From NCBI GenBank assembly GCA_019056805.1, contig DXJG01000009.1, positions 269,473 to 301,472 of the forward strand: a stretch of 32,000 bases of DNA, in the 5' to 3' direction. Of the stretch, positions 17,810-27,617 are shown one piece after another. The notes beneath the pieces are model-generated. The model made no database searches. It was not told where the DNA came from and worked only from the letters and a program-made list of their open reading frames with translations. Every line of letters starts with the position of its first letter. Position 1 is the stretch's first letter. Both the position numbers and the translations under genes were made by a program. This stretch comes from Candidatus Baldrarchaeota archaeon. GTDB lineage: Archaea > Asgardarchaeota > Baldrarchaeia > Baldrarchaeales > DXJG01.

Positions 17810-19147
17810 TTGTGGGGGCTTGTCTTGAATTTAGATAAAATAGCGGTCTATGGTCTTGGTGGTATTGGTTTAGGTATTTGTGCTGCTTGGATCAGAGCTG
17901 GATATAAAATTATCGGCGTCGATATAGATAGCAATAAGATTAGGGATATCAATCAAGGAATTGTTAGACATCCCGATCCTCTAGTTATCGAAACTGTCTC
18001 AAAAGCTGTTAAGGAAAAACATTTTCACGGGACCGTAGATGGCGTTGAAGCTTCCAAGTTAAGTAAAATTAAGATCGTCGCTGTACCTCTATTTATTAAG
18101 GGAAGAGACCCAGATTTTACGGCCATAGATGATGCCGTTAATAAAATTGCTAAAGGACTTAAGAAGGACGATATTGTCATAGTAGAAACTAGTCTTCCAC
18201 CTGGAACCACCATGAAAAGAATAAAACCAATACTTGAATCAATAAGCGGATTAAAAGCTGAAGAAGACTTCTTTCTCGCACACTCCCCTGAAAGAGTTAT
18301 GATTGAACATGTTGTTAAAGATATCGAAGAATCCTATCCGAAAATTATAGGCGGTGTTGGACCAAAGTCCACCGAAATTGTAGCTCAATTATATACAAAA
18401 ATAGCGAAAAAGGGAGTCATCAAGGTAATGAATGCCACAGCCGCAGAGTTTGAAAAACTCATCGAAGGCGTCTACCGTGACGTCAACATAGCACTTGCAA
18501 ACGAGCTAGCTAAGCTTGCCAAGGCACTAGGGATAGACTTTGAAGAAACTAGAATAGCAGCCAATAGTCAACCCTATTCACACGTCCATAAGCCTGGACC
18601 AGGTGTCGGAGGAATATGCATACCAGTATACCCATATCTATTAACGTGGGTTGCGAAAAACTTTGGCATCAAACTTGAATTAACATCATTAGCCAGAAAA
18701 ATTAACGAAGAGAGGCCTAGAGAGGTTGTTAAGCTTGTCGAAGAAGCAATAAACCGATTAAATAACAGTAAACCCGTTATAGTCATTTTAGGTATAGCCT
18801 TTCGTGGTGGCACTAACGATACGAGAAATTCTCCTTCCTTGGAGATAGCAAAAACATTGGCAAAAAAATACAGAGTTAAAGTTTTTGATCCATATATAAA
18901 ACCCTCAATACTTCAAAATTTAGGTTTTGAAACCGCGTCTAGTCTCGAAGAATTGTTAACAGGAGTAGACATTGTTATTATAGCTACAGATCACCCTGAA
19001 TTTAAAAATATAAATCTCCATGAAATTAAAAAATTAAGTGGCAAGGATAAAATGGCAATAGTCGACGCCAGAGATTTAATTGAACTTAAAGATCTTCCAT
19101 CCAACATAATATACACAGGAATCGGAAGACCTTGGATAGAGACATAA
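17810..19147 (+). CDS. UDP-N-acetyl-hexosamine 6-dehydrogenase (WecC/WbpA family)
   Basis: IAVYGLGGIG, VETSLPPGTT, HSPERV, RDVNIALANE, GPGVGGICIP (catalytic Cys), LGIAFRGGTNDTRNSP, ATDHPEF. Start may be the TTG at 17825. Confidence 0.92.
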   Translation: MWGLVLNLDKIAVYGLGGIGLGICAAWIRAGYKIIGVDIDSNKIRDINQGIVRHPDPLVIETVSKAVKEKHFHGTVDGVEASKLSKIKIVAVPLFIKGRDPDFTAIDDAVNKIAKGLKKDDIVIVETSLPPGTTMKRIKPILESISGLKAEEDFFLAHSPERVMIEHVVKDIEESYPKIIGGVGPKSTEIVAQLYTKIAKKGVIKVMNATAAEFEKLIEGVYRDVNIALANELAKLAKALGIDFEETRIAANSQPYSHVHKPGPGVGGICIPVYPYLLTWVAKNFGIKLELTSLARKINEERPREVVKLVEEAINRLNNSKPVIVILGIAFRGGTNDTRNSPSLEIAKTLAKKYRVKVFDPYIKPSILQNLGFETASSLEELLTGVDIVIIATDHPEFKNINLHEIKKLSGKDKMAIVDARDLIELKDLPSNIIYTGIGRPWIET

Positions 19148-19669
19148 GTTCATCAAAAGAAATAGAATTCCTATATTTTTGCTTAAAATAATAAATTATA
19201 ATAATGCTAATACTAAAATATCCATTTTCTATAATTTATGATGTTCTTCTAACAAAGATAAAAATTCATAAAGATCATTGTAAGTGTCTGATTTAAGTTA
19301 GGCGGTTTTAGGTAAAATATGAAATAAAGACCAGACACAAGAGGAATGTATAGTACAAGGATTTCTAGTATTTTATTTGCAGAAACAGCTAATCTACGAG
19401 GTAAATAAACAATTTGTGATCCAGCTAAGCTTTTGAAAATATTTTAGAAACTTCTTATCGATTTAATCAATAATTAAGTTTTTTATGAGGATAAAGCAGA
19501 AGACTGAGAAAACATGAAGCCTCATGTAATTCGCAGTTACAAAGTAGTTTTAAGCTCGAAGATTTTATAAAGAGATATTTTTAAGCATTTGAGGGATAGC
19601 GTTAGACTTGCTTTAATACGTTATGAGAATCGCTGCTAGAAACTTAGCTAAAGGGGGCTAGATTAATAG

Positions 19670-20950
19670 ATGCATGAAGGTAAGTCTCATGGTTTTCTTA
19701 GGAGGTTTTCTTTTATTCGTGGAAATGTTCTTGTTGTAGCTGTTACTGTTGGGTTTTGGTCTTTTGGTATGAGAATGACTCAGTCCTATGCTTCTTTATA
19801 CATTCTTGCTCTTGGCGCTTCTCCATTTATTTTGGGCATCATTAGTGCTGTTTCAACTTTTGTTTTAGCTTTTATACGTATTCCTGGAGGATATATTGCC
19901 GATCGATGGGGTAGAAAAAGAGTTATTTATTCTTTAACTTTCTTTGTTGCTTTAACTTATTTTATTTATGCTTTTGCGATCGATTGGACATGGATTTTAG
20001 TTGCTGCAATCCTTTCAAGCTTAAGTTTACTGTACCAACCTGCTCTGCAAGCTATTGTTGCTGACAGTCTTCCCCCTGAAAGTAGAGGCATTGGATACAG
20101 CATCATACGTCTTCTACCCGTAATTGTGGGGATTCCCGGGTCTATCATTGCTTTGATTCTTGTGAAAAATATGGGTCTAGTCCCAGGTATGCGAATAGCT
20201 TATGTCATTGCTGCTGTTATGGGAATTATGGCTGCTTTATTTAGATGGCTTTTCCTAAAAGAAACTTTAACTAGGCATGATGATTTTAAGGCTAATGATG
20301 TTGGAGAAATCTCTAAGGAAGTTTTCTCCAAGCTTTTTGAAGCTATGAAAAAGGTTAGAAAAGATTTCTTGAAGCTTCTCTTTATTTATTGTATGTTTAG
20401 CTTTGCGGCTTCCTTTATTCTTTCAGGTAGAGGTGCTGGGGAAGTTGCTGGAGCTGGTCTTTGGATGGTTTTTGCGATAGATGTTTTAAAGCTTAGTGAA
20501 GTTGATTGGGGATGGATTGTTACTTTTGCTAGAATTGTAACTGCCTTCTGTATTATTCCCATAGGTCTCCTTGTAGACACGATTGGCAGGAAAAAATCTC
20601 TTATAATTTTTCTTTTGTTAGCATCTATTTCCGCGTACTTGTTTATTTATCCGCCTAGTTTTTACATGATTTTCCTTGCATATTCTATTTATGTAATTGC
20701 ACAATTTGGCCTTATGACGGCTTATCAATCAATGAGAGCAGACCTAGTTCCACTAGAAATGAGAGGAAGAGTTATAAGTGGATCTGCATTAATAGTTAGC
20801 CTTGTTTCAGTTCCAGCAAGTATTCTTGGAGGATACTTCTACAATTATGTAGATCCCCGAATACCATTTACAATTTTCGCAATAGTAACCTTGATATGTG
20901 CTATAATTACAGCAATTAGCCTCAGAGAACCAGAAACAAGGGAAAAATAA
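19670..20950 (+). CDS. MFS transporter
   Basis: 12 hydrophobic segments, MFS motif A GGYIADRWGRK repeated as GLLVDTIGRKK, ADSLPPESRG and ADLVPLEMRG. Confidence 0.92.
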   Translation: MHEGKSHGFLRRFSFIRGNVLVVAVTVGFWSFGMRMTQSYASLYILALGASPFILGIISAVSTFVLAFIRIPGGYIADRWGRKRVIYSLTFFVALTYFIYAFAIDWTWILVAAILSSLSLLYQPALQAIVADSLPPESRGIGYSIIRLLPVIVGIPGSIIALILVKNMGLVPGMRIAYVIAAVMGIMAALFRWLFLKETLTRHDDFKANDVGEISKEVFSKLFEAMKKVRKDFLKLLFIYCMFSFAASFILSGRGAGEVAGAGLWMVFAIDVLKLSEVDWGWIVTFARIVTAFCIIPIGLLVDTIGRKKSLIIFLLLASISAYLFIYPPSFYMIFLAYSIYVIAQFGLMTAYQSMRADLVPLEMRGRVISGSALIVSLVSVPASILGGYFYNYVDPRIPFTIFAIVTLICAIITAISLREPETREK

Positions 20951-20962
20951 ACACTAAATATG

Positions 20963-22267
20963 TTATTTATTTTTAAGATAGCTATATAAGTTTATTAAGG
21001 TATTTTCGTCTCCAAATCCTCCTGCTTTCGTTATTAAAAACAGTTCCTTACCTCTATTAAGTTTAACATTGCAGAGAGGTATTCCTGGGAGTACCTCGTC
21101 AACTATGTCTACATGTTTTGCTTTTATACTTTCTAAAAACGCGTAAGCGGTATCGCCTCCAGTTACTATAATTTTTGTTAAATGAGGAACCATGTTTAGA
21201 ATATTATTAGCTATATTGGTTAATGTTTCAAGAATAATATTTCTAAGGTTTGCTTTACTCATATTTTTCTTTGCTGCCAATGTTAGAACTTCATCCACTT
21301 CATTTCGATTATCTGCAGTTCTTATTACAACGTCTACACCATTTTTTAGTTTTGAAACAATCTTCTTAACATATGCATTGTACGGATAGGGTTTTGTGGG
21401 TTCCAGGATTAAAGGTTCTATATCTATCTTGATGTACGGTATCTGAGTTGTGGAAATGAGTTTTTCTACTTGTCTTATAGATATTTCATTTACAGAAGCA
21501 GCAATTATCATTACTAGAGATCTTTTCTTATCCTCTTTCAGTAGTTTTGCTAGAGGGGAAGCCAGCCCTGCGGATCCGCTTGCAACAAGTTTGAAATCGT
21601 CTTTTCTTAATTTTATGTATGCGATAGCTATATTTTCCAAGTGCTGAGTTGTTGCAGCATCAAAAGTTAGTATTTTATACCCAGATTTTATGGCATCTAT
21701 GATTTTTCGCTCTATTTCCAAGCTTCCTTTGGCAACAGTTTCTATGTCTATATGTTTAATGTTATATTTGGACTGAGAGGCAATTATTGTGGGTAAATAG
21801 GATTCTGCGATAGGAGTATGTGGATCTTTTGAAAAAGATGTTTGTGATAAGGGAATGCCTCGAACAAGTTCATATCCACCTACTACCATTCTTCCCTGTT
21901 CCATAAAAGCTGGAGTTAGAAGCACAGCATCTAAATCAAGTATATCTATAAGCGCATCTATTTCTGATCCTATATTACCACGCAAGGTAGAATCTATCTT
22001 TTTATAAATAATATCATAGCCGAGATTAGTTACTAATTTAGATGTTTCTGCTATTTTTTCATACGCTTTTGATGAAGATAACGCTCTAGTTTCTGTATCA
22101 AGTACCAACACATTTATTTCATCATTATCCAAAATAGTTGGTAATGTTAACGGGTCATCTACGATAACGGTACGAGTTTTCAGACCTGCAACTGTGAATT
22201 TCACACCTGTGTCGAGAGCCCCTGTTAAATCGTCAGCTAAAATACATAGTTTTCTGTTCTCTCCCAT
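20963..22267 (-). CDS. Four-carbon acid-sugar kinase (DUF1537; DtnK/DenK/OtnK family)
   Basis: ADDLTGALDTG, DTETR, YKKIDSTLRGNIG, TPAF...GR, TGGDTA, EVLPGIP, TKAGGFG. Confidence 0.92.
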   Translation of the reverse strand: MGENRKLCILADDLTGALDTGVKFTVAGLKTRTVIVDDPLTLPTILDNDEINVLVLDTETRALSSSKAYEKIAETSKLVTNLGYDIIYKKIDSTLRGNIGSEIDALIDILDLDAVLLTPAFMEQGRMVVGGYELVRGIPLSQTSFSKDPHTPIAESYLPTIIASQSKYNIKHIDIETVAKGSLEIERKIIDAIKSGYKILTFDAATTQHLENIAIAYIKLRKDDFKLVASGSAGLASPLAKLLKEDKKRSLVMIIAASVNEISIRQVEKLISTTQIPYIKIDIEPLILEPTKPYPYNAYVKKIVSKLKNGVDVVIRTADNRNEVDEVLTLAAKKNMSKANLRNIILETLTNIANNILNMVPHLTKIIVTGGDTAYAFLESIKAKHVDIVDEVLPGIPLCNVKLNRGKELFLITKAGGFGDENTLINLYSYLKNK

Positions 22268-22345
22268 TTAACTATCCCTGCCTATAGTTAGAGAGTATTC
22301 TTATATTTTGTTGATAGATATTTTGTTAAAGAGTTTAATATAACT

Positions 22346-23656
22346 ATGTTCCATGATTTTAGAGTAGGAGAAATTGTTATGGGAATAAAAACTATTGAAT
22401 TAAACTGCGGAGTTAGTAAAATTCATTTTGATATAGATGAGAGGAACATTTTAGAGATACTGACGCCAAACAGAATTTCTGTAACTAAAAATATTGAGGA
22501 TATTATTGTGGATGCTTTGAAGAAACCTATAAGTACCGCTTCTTTGGAAGAAATTGTTAAAGGTAAGAGAAATATTGTTGTGGTGGTTGATGATTACACC
22601 AGGTTAACACCAGTAGATAAGATAATACCAGTTATTCTGGAGAAGTTTAATGATGCGGGAATAGATGATTCGATGATAAAAATAGTTGTGGCTTTAGGTA
22701 CTCATAGACCAATGACCAAAGATGAGATAGTTTCTAAGTTCGGTAAAGAAATTACTAAGAGGGTTGAAATAGTAAATCATGAGTTTAGAAATCCTGATGC
22801 TTTAATTGATCTAGGTGTTACCGAGAATGATACGCCAGTTCATGTAAATAAGCTAGTTGTAAATGCTGATTTTAAAATCGGTATAGGTAACATTGTCCCT
22901 CATCACATATGTGGTTTTTCAGGTGGAGCTAAAATAGTGGTGCCAGGTGTTTCTGGTGAGACTACAATAGGTGCGGTACATTTACTTAGCACTACAACTA
23001 GACGTAATTATCTTGGAATTGTAGATAATATTGTTAGACATGAAATGGAGAATGTAGCACGAAGAATAAACTTTAATGTCATTGTCAATGTTGTTTTAGA
23101 CCCATTTGGTAACGTTGTGAATGCTGTTTATGGTGATCTGGTTAAAGCTCATAGAACTGGAGTAAAAATCTCTCAACAAATATATGGTGTAAAAACGGTC
23201 AGTGTTAAACCCGATATTGTTATAGCAAATTCTTATCCAGCTATTTTAGATTGGTGGCAAGCTCATAAGGCTCTGTTCCCAGCTGATATGCTTGTTAAAG
23301 ATGGAGGAACGATAATTGTGGTTGCCCCTTGTCCAGAAGGAGTGTCGAAAACTCATCCAGAGTTATTAGAATATGCATGGAAAGATGCGCAAGAAATAAT
23401 TGAGATGGTTAGGAGAGGCGTTGTAAAGGATAAGGTTGCTGCTTCTCTTCTCATTACATGGGCTAAAATACGTGAAAGAGCTGAAGTTTTACTTGTTTCG
23501 CAAGGTCTTTCGCCAGATGAAGTAGAAAAATTAGGTTTTAGATATTTTGAAAATATTGAAAAAGCTCTTGATTACGCGTTTAAGAAGCATGGTAATAATT
23601 CTAAGGTAAGTATTTTGACCCATGCAGCTGAAACTCTACCTGTTGGTGGTGATTAG
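22346..23656 (+). CDS. larA: LarA-family nickel-pincer (NPN)-dependent alpha-hydroxy-acid racemase/epimerase
   Basis: DDYTRLTP, ALGTHRPM, PHHICGFSGGAK, GAVH, WQAHK. Probable start is the ATG at 22379, after aggag (22366-22370). The symbol denotes the family, not proven lactate specificity. Confidence 0.9.
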   Translation: MFHDFRVGEIVMGIKTIELNCGVSKIHFDIDERNILEILTPNRISVTKNIEDIIVDALKKPISTASLEEIVKGKRNIVVVVDDYTRLTPVDKIIPVILEKFNDAGIDDSMIKIVVALGTHRPMTKDEIVSKFGKEITKRVEIVNHEFRNPDALIDLGVTENDTPVHVNKLVVNADFKIGIGNIVPHHICGFSGGAKIVVPGVSGETTIGAVHLLSTTTRRNYLGIVDNIVRHEMENVARRINFNVIVNVVLDPFGNVVNAVYGDLVKAHRTGVKISQQIYGVKTVSVKPDIVIANSYPAILDWWQAHKALFPADMLVKDGGTIIVVAPCPEGVSKTHPELLEYAWKDAQEIIEMVRRGVVKDKVAASLLITWAKIRERAEVLLVSQGLSPDEVEKLGFRYFENIEKALDYAFKKHGNNSKVSILTHAAETLPVGGD

Positions 23657-24686
23657 GTTGTTTAAGCCTTTGATAGCTGTGACTATGGGTGATGCAGCAG
23701 GTTCAGGCCCCGAAATAATTGTAAAAGTCTTACAGAAAAGAGGTGTTCAAGAATTTTGTAAGCCAATTATTATTGGAGATGTAAAAGTATTTAAGAAAGC
23801 TATTAAGATCATTGGAGCTCAAAATATGAATGTAAACGTAGTAGAGAGGGTTGAGGACGCTGTTGATGAATCTAATACGATGAATATTTTGGATCTAGGT
23901 AACGTAGATGTTGAAAAATTGGTTTACGGTAAACCTTCAACAATGACCGGGAAAGCAGCTGCCGAATGTATAATAAAGGCCGTAGAACTTGCAGTGTCAG
24001 GCAGGGTACATGCGATTGCAACCGCGCCAATTAGTAAGGAAGGACTACATATGGCTGGTTATCCCTACTTAGGACACACAGAGTTTCTTGCTGATCTAAC
24101 TAGAACCAAAAATTATGTGATGATGCTTGTGGTCGGAAATTTGAGGGTTTCTCACGTTACTACACATGTACCACTTAGAAAAGCCATCGAGTTAATAAGA
24201 AAGGATAGAATATTGAAGGTGATTAAGCTTACATATAATGCTTTGGTTAATTGGTTTAACATATCTAATCCAAGACTAGCTGTTGCAGGACTTAATCCAC
24301 ATGCAGGGGAAGGAGGACTACTTGGTGATGAGGAAATAAAAGAAATAAGATTGGCCATAGAAGAGGCTAAATCTAAGGGAATAGAAGCTTCAGGACCTTA
24401 TCCTCCTGATTCAATATTTTACAGAGCTTACTATGGAAAAGAATTTGATGCTGTTGTAGCAATGTACCATGATCAAGGCCATATAGCTGTAAAAATGGTG
24501 GGATTTATGGAAGGTGTAAATGTAACACTCGGCTTACCCATAATAAGAACATCGCCAGACCACGGTACTGCATGGGATAAAGCTGGTAAAGGAACAACTG
24601 ATGAAACATCCATGTATAATGCGATAAAGTTAGCAGCAATATTAGCTCAAAACAAATATAGGCAAGCCCGTTCAAATATCCGCTAA
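23622..24686 (+). CDS. pdxA: PdxA-family dehydrogenase (PdxA2-type tetronate-4-phosphate dehydrogenase by context)
   Basis: TMGDAAGSGPEI, TAPISKE, GHTEFL, TTHVPL, NPHAGE, MYHDQG, GLPIIRTSPDHGTA. Probable start is TTG 23658 or GTG 23649, next to the larA stop. Confidence 0.95.
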   Translation: MQLKLYLLVVIRLFKPLIAVTMGDAAGSGPEIIVKVLQKRGVQEFCKPIIIGDVKVFKKAIKIIGAQNMNVNVVERVEDAVDESNTMNILDLGNVDVEKLVYGKPSTMTGKAAAECIIKAVELAVSGRVHAIATAPISKEGLHMAGYPYLGHTEFLADLTRTKNYVMMLVVGNLRVSHVTTHVPLRKAIELIRKDRILKVIKLTYNALVNWFNISNPRLAVAGLNPHAGEGGLLGDEEIKEIRLAIEEAKSKGIEASGPYPPDSIFYRAYYGKEFDAVVAMYHDQGHIAVKMVGFMEGVNVTLGLPIIRTSPDHGTAWDKAGKGTTDETSMYNAIKLAAILAQNKYRQARSNIR

Positions 24687-24749
24687 AATAACTAAAATGT
24701 AAAAAATATCTTGGAGAATTTAAGCACTTTAAATCTTTGGTGATTAGTA

Positions 24750-25745
24750 GTGTCTGAGATTCTAGATTTGTGCAGCACTTTTCTGAAGTTGTTTGCCCGT
24801 GGTGGTATTAAGGTTAGATCAGCTTTACTTGTTGTTGTGATTTTTACTAGTTGCATTGTTGGTTTATTTTCCATATTTTCTTCTTATAGTAGCGAATTAA
24901 GCTTAGTTTTTGAAACTTGGGCTTCTAATGAGAACTTGTACGTTTCTGGCGAGTTTTTTAAGGGGTCTATTAATGTGACTGTTTATTATGTGGATTTTGA
25001 AGGTGCTGAGGGTCTTTTGGTTCTTGTTGATGACATTGAAGGTTATATTGATTTGCATGGTTGCCGTGTTGAAGGTAGATTACCTTCTGTTGAGAATGAA
25101 GTTGTTGCTGGCTTTAGACTTGGTTTTCAAGTTGGTGATAACCTAACAATTATCAATACGAATTTAACAATTGTTGGTATCATTTTTTGTGATGACTATG
25201 TTTCCTATTCTGTTGTTGGTTCCTCCTCTTTGAACATCAGCTTGGAAAACGGGTTCAAATTTTATGAAGGACGTATAACTAAGGAAAAAGATCAGAACGG
25301 TGTCTTTGCTCCTTCCATCACTTCTCTTTTCTCTTCTGTTTTACTAGAAGTTTGGCGTTCCTTCTCCATAATATTAGCCGTTTTAACCATCTGTCTTGTT
25401 ATTGGCGTCTTTTACGCTGGTTATGCTCTTGTTTTAGAATCAAAAGATGTTTTTGAAAAGTTAAGACATCTTTCTCCCTCTTTAAGAAAACTTATAATCG
25501 CTTTGTTTTTTGCTTCACTTATTGTTTGTTTATGTGGTGTTTTAATGGGGGTTGCTCTTGGTTTTTTGGGCTCATCCATTTTTTCAGTTACTATTTCTTT
25601 GGTTTTCGGTTTTCCTTATGTTCGACCTGTTTTTCCACAGAGTTTACTTCCCTTTAGCATGGCTATATTAGTGGCTTCTTGGGCATCTTTTAGTATCAGT
25701 TTGGTTTTCTGTTTTGTTCGCAACATTAGGGAAAAGGGTTCATGA
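24750..25745 (+). CDS. ABC transporter permease, MacB/FtsX-like (1 TM + extracytoplasmic domain + 3 TM)
   Basis: N-terminal TM, EGRLPSVENEVVAG...GDNLTI...IVGI typical of the MacB periplasmic core, three C-terminal hydrophobic segments. Lies upstream of an ABC ATPase. Confidence 0.65.
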   Translation: MSEILDLCSTFLKLFARGGIKVRSALLVVVIFTSCIVGLFSIFSSYSSELSLVFETWASNENLYVSGEFFKGSINVTVYYVDFEGAEGLLVLVDDIEGYIDLHGCRVEGRLPSVENEVVAGFRLGFQVGDNLTIINTNLTIVGIIFCDDYVSYSVVGSSSLNISLENGFKFYEGRITKEKDQNGVFAPSITSLFSSVLLEVWRSFSIILAVLTICLVIGVFYAGYALVLESKDVFEKLRHLSPSLRKLIIALFFASLIVCLCGVLMGVALGFLGSSIFSVTISLVFGFPYVRPVFPQSLLPFSMAILVASWASFSISLVFCFVRNIREKGS

Positions 25746-25805
25746 GATTTATATGTTAATGAATCATTAAAATTATGTTAGGTGTAGGAGTAGGGGTGCG
25801 TTTTA

Positions 25806-27617
25806 GTGAAGAGTTTATGGATGGTTGGTTTTAGAGTTTTCGGTTTTCGTAGGTTTGTTTTGCTTTTTGTTGGTGTTTTTGTTTTTTCTTTTTGTGTTTC
25901 TCTTGTTGTTTCTCATACAATGGTTTATGTCTTTGGTGTTAGGCGTGTTTTGGGTGGCGTTATTTCTAAGGATTGTGTTTTGGTCGTTGGTGAAGGTTCT
26001 AGAAGTGTTTTTACTGCTTGGACTCCTGCCTTTTATGCAGATATTTTATCTAGTGTTTTTAATACCTCTGTTTACCCTATTACTTTCACTCCTACCGTTG
26101 TTAATGGTAATTCTATCGTTGTAAGAGGAATTGATGAAAGGGGTTTAGAGAACTATCTTGATGCTATCATTGAGAATTCAAATAAAATTGATGTTGATGA
26201 TCTTTGGGTTTTGGTTGGTGTAGAAGCCGCTGAGAAATTTCATTTAAAAGTTGGTGATTTTGTTGTTGTTCCTAGCCCCTTAAATGATAATATTTTTGTT
26301 TTGATTGTTCGTGGAATTTATAGTTTTGGTGATTTTAGAGATTATGAGCTTGTTGTTCCTCTTTGGATCGGCCGTAAACTTAATGGCATGGGCGAAGACA
26401 TGGCTTCTGCTGTTGTTATAGAACAAGTTAGTTTAGAGGAGGTTAATGATGCTCTTAAACCTAGGAATTTAACTATTGATTACGGTTTTCCCTTTGATGG
26501 TTGGCTTCTTGTTGAATGTAATGGTAGACCGATTGCTTCTAGTAAGGTTATAGCAGGTAATGGTTCTGTTGAGTTTAGATTACCTCGTGGGGTCTACGAA
26601 ATTGTTTATCAAGCTGCCAATGTTACCTATGGTTTAGGTCGTATCGACTTAGCGAGTGATTTGAGAGTTGAGTTTTTTGAAGAAGTTGGGCTTATTGAAG
26701 TTAAAATTAAGGTAGATTTAGATTCCTCTATTTATCTTATTTCCTCTAATGGTACTAAGTTTGAAGGTATTCGAATCAATGAATATATTGTTTTTAAGGT
26801 CCCCCCTGGTGGTTACGTTTTGGAAGTTGATGGCAACGAGTATAAGATTTATGTTTTTAGAAGCGTTTCAATCGATCTTAGTTTCATTTCTAGCGAGGGT
26901 TTTGAGGTTATTTTTGAGGTTTTGAGTTTTGATGGTAATCCGGTTGAAGATTTTGGTTTTACAATTGAGTCTGATGGTTTTCTTGTTTATTCTGGTTGGA
27001 GTGAGTCTTCACAGTTTTATGCTAGATTACCTGCTGGCGAATATGATTTAACCGTTTTTAAGCCTCCTTCATTATATGTGAAAACAAGTTTTAGGATTGA
27101 GAGGTCAAAAAAGATTGTTGTAAAGCTTCCTAATGTTGTTAGTAATCCTGAAAGAATTGGTGGCCCTGTTTTGAAAACTGTGGTTAGGGCTCTAGGGTCT
27201 GAAGAAGCTTCTGAGCTTGCTTTTAGAAGATTTGTTGGTTTAACCGGGGCTGTTATAGTCGCCACAGCTATTTTTTTAGCTTCTCTTCTCCTTATTGCTG
27301 CTGTAATGGTTGAGAAACAGGCTTTTACATCTGTCTCATATGCTATAGATGTATTTCTCAGCCTTAGAGCTAGTTATATTCTTTTATTCGAAATTTTTGG
27401 TTTTCCTTCTCTCTTAGTTTCTATCTTTGCTTGTATCTGCGGTTCTTCCTTTGCAATATTATTAACTTCTCTCTTTGAATATGTTTTTTACCCTTCTTTT
27501 CTTGGGTATGTTATTCCTCTAGGCGTTTCGTATCTTTTTGTTTTCCCTGCAGTTTATACTTTGCTGGCTTGGCTTATTGGTTTTGTTTATCCTCTTAGAA
27601 GGAGGTATGCTGAATGA
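25806..27617 (+). CDS. ABC transporter permease, MacB/FtsX-like, with inserted beta-sandwich repeats
   Basis: N-terminal TM, VVRGID, VLVGVEAAEKFHLKVGD, IVRGIY, three C-terminal TMs after SLRAS. The insert has three (L/V)PxGxY repeats. Confidence 0.7.
   Translation: MKSLWMVGFRVFGFRRFVLLFVGVFVFSFCVSLVVSHTMVYVFGVRRVLGGVISKDCVLVVGEGSRSVFTAWTPAFYADILSSVFNTSVYPITFTPTVVNGNSIVVRGIDERGLENYLDAIIENSNKIDVDDLWVLVGVEAAEKFHLKVGDFVVVPSPLNDNIFVLIVRGIYSFGDFRDYELVVPLWIGRKLNGMGEDMASAVVIEQVSLEEVNDALKPRNLTIDYGFPFDGWLLVECNGRPIASSKVIAGNGSVEFRLPRGVYEIVYQAANVTYGLGRIDLASDLRVEFFEEVGLIEVKIKVDLDSSIYLISSNGTKFEGIRINEYIVFKVPPGGYVLEVDGNEYKIYVFRSVSIDLSFISSEGFEVIFEVLSFDGNPVEDFGFTIESDGFLVYSGWSESSQFYARLPAGEYDLTVFKPPSLYVKTSFRIERSKKIVVKLPNVVSNPERIGGPVLKTVVRALGSEEASELAFRRFVGLTGAVIVATAIFLASLLLIAAVMVEKQAFTSVSYAIDVFLSLRASYILLFEIFGFPSLLVSIFACICGSSFAILLTSLFEYVFYPSFLGYVIPLGVSYLFVFPAVYTLLAWLIGFVYPLRRRYAE

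Noticed and set aside
19150-19470. Minus-strand frame with a hydrophobic stretch interrupted by stops (possible membrane-protein pseudogene)
   Set aside because: No recognisable motif, and AT-rich DNA yields such stretches by chance.
23622-23656. 35-bp overlap of larA and pdxA ORFs
   Set aside because: Artefact of longest-ORF calling. A TTG at 23658 with an upstream GGTG-rich SD-like sequence removes the overlap.
8469-24749. Replication origin inferred from the skew switch
   Set aside because: No cdc6/orc1 gene and no repeated ORB-like boxes were seen in the intergenic regions.
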